DNA from: Nitrospinaceae bacterium
Lineage (GTDB): Bacteria; Nitrospinota; Nitrospinia; Nitrospinales; Nitrospinaceae
Assembly: GCA_965223665.1 (NCBI GenBank)
Contig: OZ245011.1
Location: 2,208,001-2,272,000 of the forward strand
Direction of reading: 5' to 3'
DNA: 64,000 nucleotides
In this document: positions 59,566-64,000 of the stretch, in pieces
How the letters are laid out: the number at the start of each line of letters is the position of its first letter
Numbering within the stretch: position 1 is the stretch's first letter
Program-made: the position numbers and the translations under genes
The notes under the pieces: model-generated
What the model saw: the letters and a program-made list of their open reading frames with translations, nothing else
What the model was told of the DNA's origin: nothing
Database searches by the model: none

Positions 59566-59802
59566 TTATGCAGCCGGTTTCTCGACTTTTTTAGATTTAC
59601 CCTTTTTTACTGCATCAGAAATTCGTTTAGCCTCCTTGGAATCTGCAAGCACCCACTTTTTACCCATGAGGACATTGGCGTCTTTTTCCCTTAGTTCAAT
59701 TTCTTCGCCAATTTCACAAAGGTGTCTGCCTTCATCCTCACCAAAGTTGACGTAGCAATTTTTTTTGATCATGACTTTGACTTTCTTATTTGACTTTTGC
59801 AT
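59566..59802 (-). CDS. Small phage protein downstream of the capsid gene
   Basis: AGAGGA RBS; GE.IEL...DA..L motif. Confidence 0.7.
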   Translation of the reverse strand: MQKSNKKVKVMIKKNCYVNFGEDEGRHLCEIGEEIELREKDANVLMGKKWVLADSKEAKRISDAVKKGKSKKVEKPAA

Positions 59803-59874
59803 CGCTGTTTTCCTCTTTATGAAATATTTTATTGAGGGCCGGACTGAACCGGCCCTTGTTTGATGGCCTAAAAA

Positions 59875-61803
59875 TTAGTTGGTGCTGTAATCCGTCACCG
59901 CAGAAAAACTTTCCGGATGCCGGATCGCCAAATCCATAGAGCGGAAAATAATCACACGAATTCCCCCACTTAATGATTTGGTGAAAGGATCCACAAGGAT
60001 ATCCACCGCTCCCCAGTAACCCTGAATCAAATCAGCCCAGTTACCAAAGATCATGGCAGAAAGATTTGTGCCGGCTCCTTTAGTAAGGTTGCCTGGAATC
60101 TGGTTGGTGAACCCGGCGCGGTATCCATTCAATTGACTGAAAGGTCCGCCGTTTCCTTCACCCATTAAGAAAATACCGGTGTTGGTGGCTTTCTCTGTGG
60201 TTTTTAATTTTCCGCGCATAGAGGCGTTAGTGAGGTAACCGAGGTTTCCTAACAACGCATTGTCGATCGCCACTTCGGTTTCCAGATCCACCACGTTTTG
60301 CCAGGTGGGTGGACCGCCATCAGGATTACCAGCAACCACCGCGCCAATTCCAGAGGTGTTTAAAATTCCGGTCGGTTCGTTTGCAGCACCGCCATCGATG
60401 GAAACGCGGTCCACTTCCAAAGCTACCACTTTAGCCAGTTCCTGACGGACAAAGGCTTCAATGTCGATGGAAGATTGAAGCATCAATTGTCGTGAAATTT
60501 CTGTATAAGCGCCGACATGTTTCGGGGTCATCCCTAATTGATCAAAAGCGGCTTGGGATGCTGCGGTGATATCCGTGGACTCAGGCAACCAATACGCAGT
60601 GGCACCACTGATTTGTCGTGGAATGGCTATGTCGCCGACCAACCCATTGAACACGGTCGATCCCATTTGCGAAACCAAAGGCATATTGCGCAAGAGTTCA
60701 ATCAAGGATCCTGACATTAGGGTTGTATCCACCAGGTGCCCACCGTCAGCAGGAACCCCCGCGGTCATTTCACGGAGCAAGTTAACTTTTGAAACTTCAA
60801 AAGGAACAGAAAAGCGATTAGCTTCGCATTCGTCCAGTTTGTATTTCTTACGAACCTCATCGGAACACTCTTTTTCAAAGGGAGCCTTTGACAAATTACC
60901 GGTTTCCAAAACCGATCGCATGGCTTTAAGAATTGAAAACTCTTTGGCTTGTTTTTCTGAAAGACCGATTTCCGGATTGGGATCGGTCACCGGTTTCGCG
61001 CCAATTTGTTCCAACACCGCTTGACGGAATTCGTCGGCGGATTTTCCATCCTGAATAAATTTGCGGGCGATCTCTTCCAATTTAAATTGTTGACCGATAG
61101 CGGTAATTTCACGAATGCGGTGTTGTTCCTTTTCAAACGCATCCTTCCGCGCTTCTTCCCGGATTTGGGTTTTTTCCTCTGGGGAAAATGTGGCGGTCCC
61201 GCCGCTTTCGTTCCCGGTTTTGTCGGGATCTAAAAATTGTTTGAATTTCATATTCTCTTCCTTTCTTTCCGGTTGGATTTCTTCTTTGTTGTTGTCGGAA
61301 CGACCCACACCCACCGTGGTATCTGCAGGAACGGAAACGATACTGATTTCCATAGGTTCCCAATCGGTCGCGCGGTAGATGTCTGGTTCGTCCTTTTTTT
61401 CTTCTTCTAGCACTAGCTTGTGAATCATGTATCCGACCGAAACGTTTTGCCGGATTCCGTCTTTCACATCCTGGAAGATTTCTTCGGCACGTGCGCCTTT
61501 CCCAAAACGCACAACGGCCCGCCCCTTGCGGTCCTCTCCTATTTTTACCGATTCGATCACTCCAATTTGATCCCGTGAATCATGGTTGAGCAATAAAGGT
61601 CCGGCTTGCTTTAATCGGCCCAGCCGAATCGATGCGCTTTTGTGATCCAGAATTTCAGTTCCGAACCATCGTTCGTAAGGCTCCTCGGAAGAAAAACTGA
61701 GTTCCAGCGTTCGCTTTTCACCGTCGACCGCCGAGCGGTCAATGATGATATTGCGCTTTAAACTTTTTCCTTCCAGTTCTATTTCTTTAATCTTTGTCGT
61801 CAT
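59875..61803 (-). CDS. Fused HK97-type prohead protease and major capsid protein
   Basis: PLLLNHD...IGV, VSVGY, WEP.EISIVSVPAD, then capsid GG.LV, P.GILN, FGNW, D..IRHPESF. Confidence 0.93.
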   Translation of the reverse strand: MTTKIKEIELEGKSLKRNIIIDRSAVDGEKRTLELSFSSEEPYERWFGTEILDHKSASIRLGRLKQAGPLLLNHDSRDQIGVIESVKIGEDRKGRAVVRFGKGARAEEIFQDVKDGIRQNVSVGYMIHKLVLEEEKKDEPDIYRATDWEPMEISIVSVPADTTVGVGRSDNNKEEIQPERKEENMKFKQFLDPDKTGNESGGTATFSPEEKTQIREEARKDAFEKEQHRIREITAIGQQFKLEEIARKFIQDGKSADEFRQAVLEQIGAKPVTDPNPEIGLSEKQAKEFSILKAMRSVLETGNLSKAPFEKECSDEVRKKYKLDECEANRFSVPFEVSKVNLLREMTAGVPADGGHLVDTTLMSGSLIELLRNMPLVSQMGSTVFNGLVGDIAIPRQISGATAYWLPESTDITAASQAAFDQLGMTPKHVGAYTEISRQLMLQSSIDIEAFVRQELAKVVALEVDRVSIDGGAANEPTGILNTSGIGAVVAGNPDGGPPTWQNVVDLETEVAIDNALLGNLGYLTNASMRGKLKTTEKATNTGIFLMGEGNGGPFSQLNGYRAGFTNQIPGNLTKGAGTNLSAMIFGNWADLIQGYWGAVDILVDPFTKSLSGGIRVIIFRSMDLAIRHPESFSAVTDYSTN

Positions 61804-63283
61804 CTTCTTTCTCCGGTTCGGGGTTTTCCGGTTTGGGTTTTTGGGTTTGATTGGGTTTTAAATCGACTCCAATTTGCTGGGCTAAATCTTCCTCACCTTT
61901 AATTTCAGTCAACACCTCTTCATAATCGTTGCCTTCTTCCGCTACGATTTGCGATCGCGATTTCAATTTGTGATTTAATGCAGTCACCGAGGCATCCACA
62001 TCTTTTTTAGGATCCACCCAAGGCCAACCACGCGGCCGCCAAACAGGTTGTTTAAACTTTTCAATTCTTGACATGGGGAGGTCGACTTGTTTGGTCAAAA
62101 GCGCCATTAACAGCCAGTCTTCAAAAACCAATTCGTGTAACTGCTCAATGGTCCAGACCTGCAGGGCTTTCCACACTTCCCTTTCTTCCAACGTTCCCGA
62201 TCGAATGGAAGAAAAATTCACGTCGGTTAAATCATTCGCGAGTGTATGGTAAGAAACACACAACCCCGATGCGATGGCACGGAGCATGGCTTTTAAAAAC
62301 GACTCAAAGTTGGACGATGGGTTTCCCGGGTCAAACTTTTCGAACTCATAACCTTGAGGAAGTTTTTCGATCACCCCTGGAGAAAATTCATTTATCGTAT
62401 TGCCGGCGCTGTCTTCCTCATCCCCTTTGTACTCTTCACCCTGTGGCGTTTTTAGAAACCCCATTTTGGAAGCAGTTGCCCGGGCGCCAATCAATTCTGC
62501 TTCCTCTAAACCGCCGACATGTTTAATCCGGGTCAAGGCGGTATGCGCCCAAGGCACTCCACGCACCTGCCCCACACGATCGGGAAGGAACAAGTGAATA
62601 ATTTCATCCGCTGGCACGCGGTTAACCTTGTTCGGAAGAACGGCGCCAAACGAATCGCCCGGGTGAATCTGTAGAAGGTGGTACGCTACCGGTCCGCCCC
62701 ATTCATCAATTTCCACACCCATGCGGATCCGGTTGCCGTTGCTTAAATTTGCGTTGTGATCCACTTGCAGGTGGTCCGCTTCTATGACCTGAAGCGCAAA
62801 CTTGAAGGGATTATCAAACCCGCGCACTTTTCGGATAATAATTTCACCATCTCGGGCCAGACTGCGGAGGGCCATGTTTTGAATATCCAACCAGGATAAT
62901 TTACGAGTCACCGAAGCGTTCTTCATCTTGGCCCAATCTTTAAACCCGCCTTCAATTTTTTTGTTTGCTACCAAATCTAATTCTCCGGTTTTATGCTTCG
63001 CCTTCATTTGCAATTTGATACCGGAATGTCCAATTACATTGTTCTCGACCATTTTGATAAACCGTTTCATATAAGGTTCGTTGATGGCCAGGTTGCGGGA
63101 ATTAGCACGAATCTTATCGAGCGACATTTTGATCGCTTCATTAGCCGAAATATTACTGGTCACCCAATCAGCAAAATGATTCCCCAGGCCAACGGCATTG
63201 AATCCGCTGCGGGGTTGCGCTTTACGTTGGTTACTATTACCTAATGCAACCATTTTTTGACCGAGCCAGTTTAAGATTCCCAC
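61787..63283 (-). CDS. Portal protein, lambda family
   Basis: IR.GVE.D..G.PVAYH, RVPA..IIH, GQVRGVPW, NFSSIR, W.WVDP.KD. Confidence 0.95.
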   Translation of the reverse strand: MGILNWLGQKMVALGNSNQRKAQPRSGFNAVGLGNHFADWVTSNISANEAIKMSLDKIRANSRNLAINEPYMKRFIKMVENNVIGHSGIKLQMKAKHKTGELDLVANKKIEGGFKDWAKMKNASVTRKLSWLDIQNMALRSLARDGEIIIRKVRGFDNPFKFALQVIEADHLQVDHNANLSNGNRIRMGVEIDEWGGPVAYHLLQIHPGDSFGAVLPNKVNRVPADEIIHLFLPDRVGQVRGVPWAHTALTRIKHVGGLEEAELIGARATASKMGFLKTPQGEEYKGDEEDSAGNTINEFSPGVIEKLPQGYEFEKFDPGNPSSNFESFLKAMLRAIASGLCVSYHTLANDLTDVNFSSIRSGTLEEREVWKALQVWTIEQLHELVFEDWLLMALLTKQVDLPMSRIEKFKQPVWRPRGWPWVDPKKDVDASVTALNHKLKSRSQIVAEEGNDYEEVLTEIKGEEDLAQQIGVDLKPNQTQKPKPENPEPEKEDDDKD

Positions 63284-63847
63284 TTAGACGAACCTCGTAA
63301 AAATTTTTTTTCCGGTTGGTAAGCCTTGCTTTAATTTGTCTGCATCTTCTTCACGCTTCAACATTGCTTTCCATTCCAGGTATTCCACACGTAAATCGGC
63401 CAAGGACATTTGGGATTTGGATCGCCCCGAAATGGAATAACTGAGAGTGTCAAAATCTTTCCTCTTAATTTTTCCTGTAAAAAAATCTTCGAACGCCTGC
63501 ACCATTTGTGCAGAGATGGATCGCGCATCGTAACCAGTAGCTAATTTGATGAGATCCGGTTTTATTTGAATTTTTCCGGATTGGTATTGGAATCGCTCAG
63601 TACCATCGGTTAAAAATGAAATCCAATGGTAAATGCCTTCCTTGTAGTCGGTGGTATCTTCCTTAGCGACCTGGATTAGGTGGTCGGTATTCTCGGCGAC
63701 GGATGTCAAAACAATTTGCTTATCTACGAGAGTGAGGACATATTCCATGCTCCAGGTCGGCGCCGGATTAGTTGGAATAATTTTTTTCCATTTCAAGGTG
63801 GTGCCGGCCCAAAAGACAACGGGCTCAACTGTAGCAATGGAGTTCAT
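63284..63847 (-). CDS. Head completion/adaptor protein (gpW-like C-terminus)
   Basis: SYSISGRS.....L..L motif; immediately upstream of the portal gene. Confidence 0.75.
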   Translation of the reverse strand: MNSIATVEPVVFWAGTTLKWKKIIPTNPAPTWSMEYVLTLVDKQIVLTSVAENTDHLIQVAKEDTTDYKEGIYHWISFLTDGTERFQYQSGKIQIKPDLIKLATGYDARSISAQMVQAFEDFFTGKIKRKDFDTLSYSISGRSKSQMSLADLRVEYLEWKAMLKREEDADKLKQGLPTGKKIFTRFV

Positions 63848-64000
63848 AAACGGCTCCTGTATTTGCTCACAAAACCGCCACGTGATTTAGGTTTGTGACG
63901 CTTCGGAGTTTGAATGGTGTTGGGTCGTTCTTCCTCAGGTTCCACTGCAGCGGTTTTCGTTTCCGGCTTTTCAGTTTTTACTTTCTTTTTTCGCCGGCGG
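63844..64000 (-). CDS. 3' end of a probable terminase large subunit (partial)
   Basis: Open frame from the window edge ending ...KSRGGFVSKYRSRL* with ATGA overlap; call rests mainly on synteny. Confidence 0.55.
   Translation of the reverse strand, partial: RRRKKKVKTEKPETKTAAVEPEEERPNTIQTPKRHKPKSRGGFVSKYRSRL

Larger units (their letters stand above)
28393..64000. mobile_element. Siphovirus-like prophage integrated in tRNA-Glu (continues past the window end)
   Basis: att, integrase, repressor, and a tail/head/portal module with no sheath gene seen. Confidence 0.93.

Overview
Bacterial chromosome window with three zones. (1) 1-23.3 kb: accessory and host genes. These are a dense run of short unrelated ORFs resembling immunity or cargo proteins (1-7.5 kb), a thermonuclease, a frameshifted polysaccharide deacetylase, a GNAT protein, a TonB-dependent receptor, a chemoreceptor, a C39 peptidase and a surface protein, with REP-like hairpins between genes. 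(2) 23.3-28.4 kb: a small repressor / small ORFs / tyrosine-recombinase module, then a 1.7 kb non-coding tract holding three copies of a 59-nt multi-hairpin element and a 4.3 x 150-bp tandem array. The tract ends at a displaced 3' half of tRNA-Glu (att site, 28393-28436). (3) 28.4-64 kb: left part of a siphovirus-like prophage, with integrase, early genes, repressor, a 12.5 kb defence/cargo block (AbiJ-like, secreted nuclease, Shedu, Dcm-Vsr-EcoRII-like RM, two paralogous TPR-array proteins) and tail, head and portal genes running off the window. Most unusual signals: both related integrases carry D/E at the normally invariant first catalytic Arg and K at the HxxR His; single cargo genes including Shedu are bracketed by a recurring hairpin pair, like cassettes; and the TPR proteins combine an amyloid-like (xxGDK)5 N-terminus with hypervariable 42-aa repeats. 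All family assignments come from motif recognition by eye, not from database searches.
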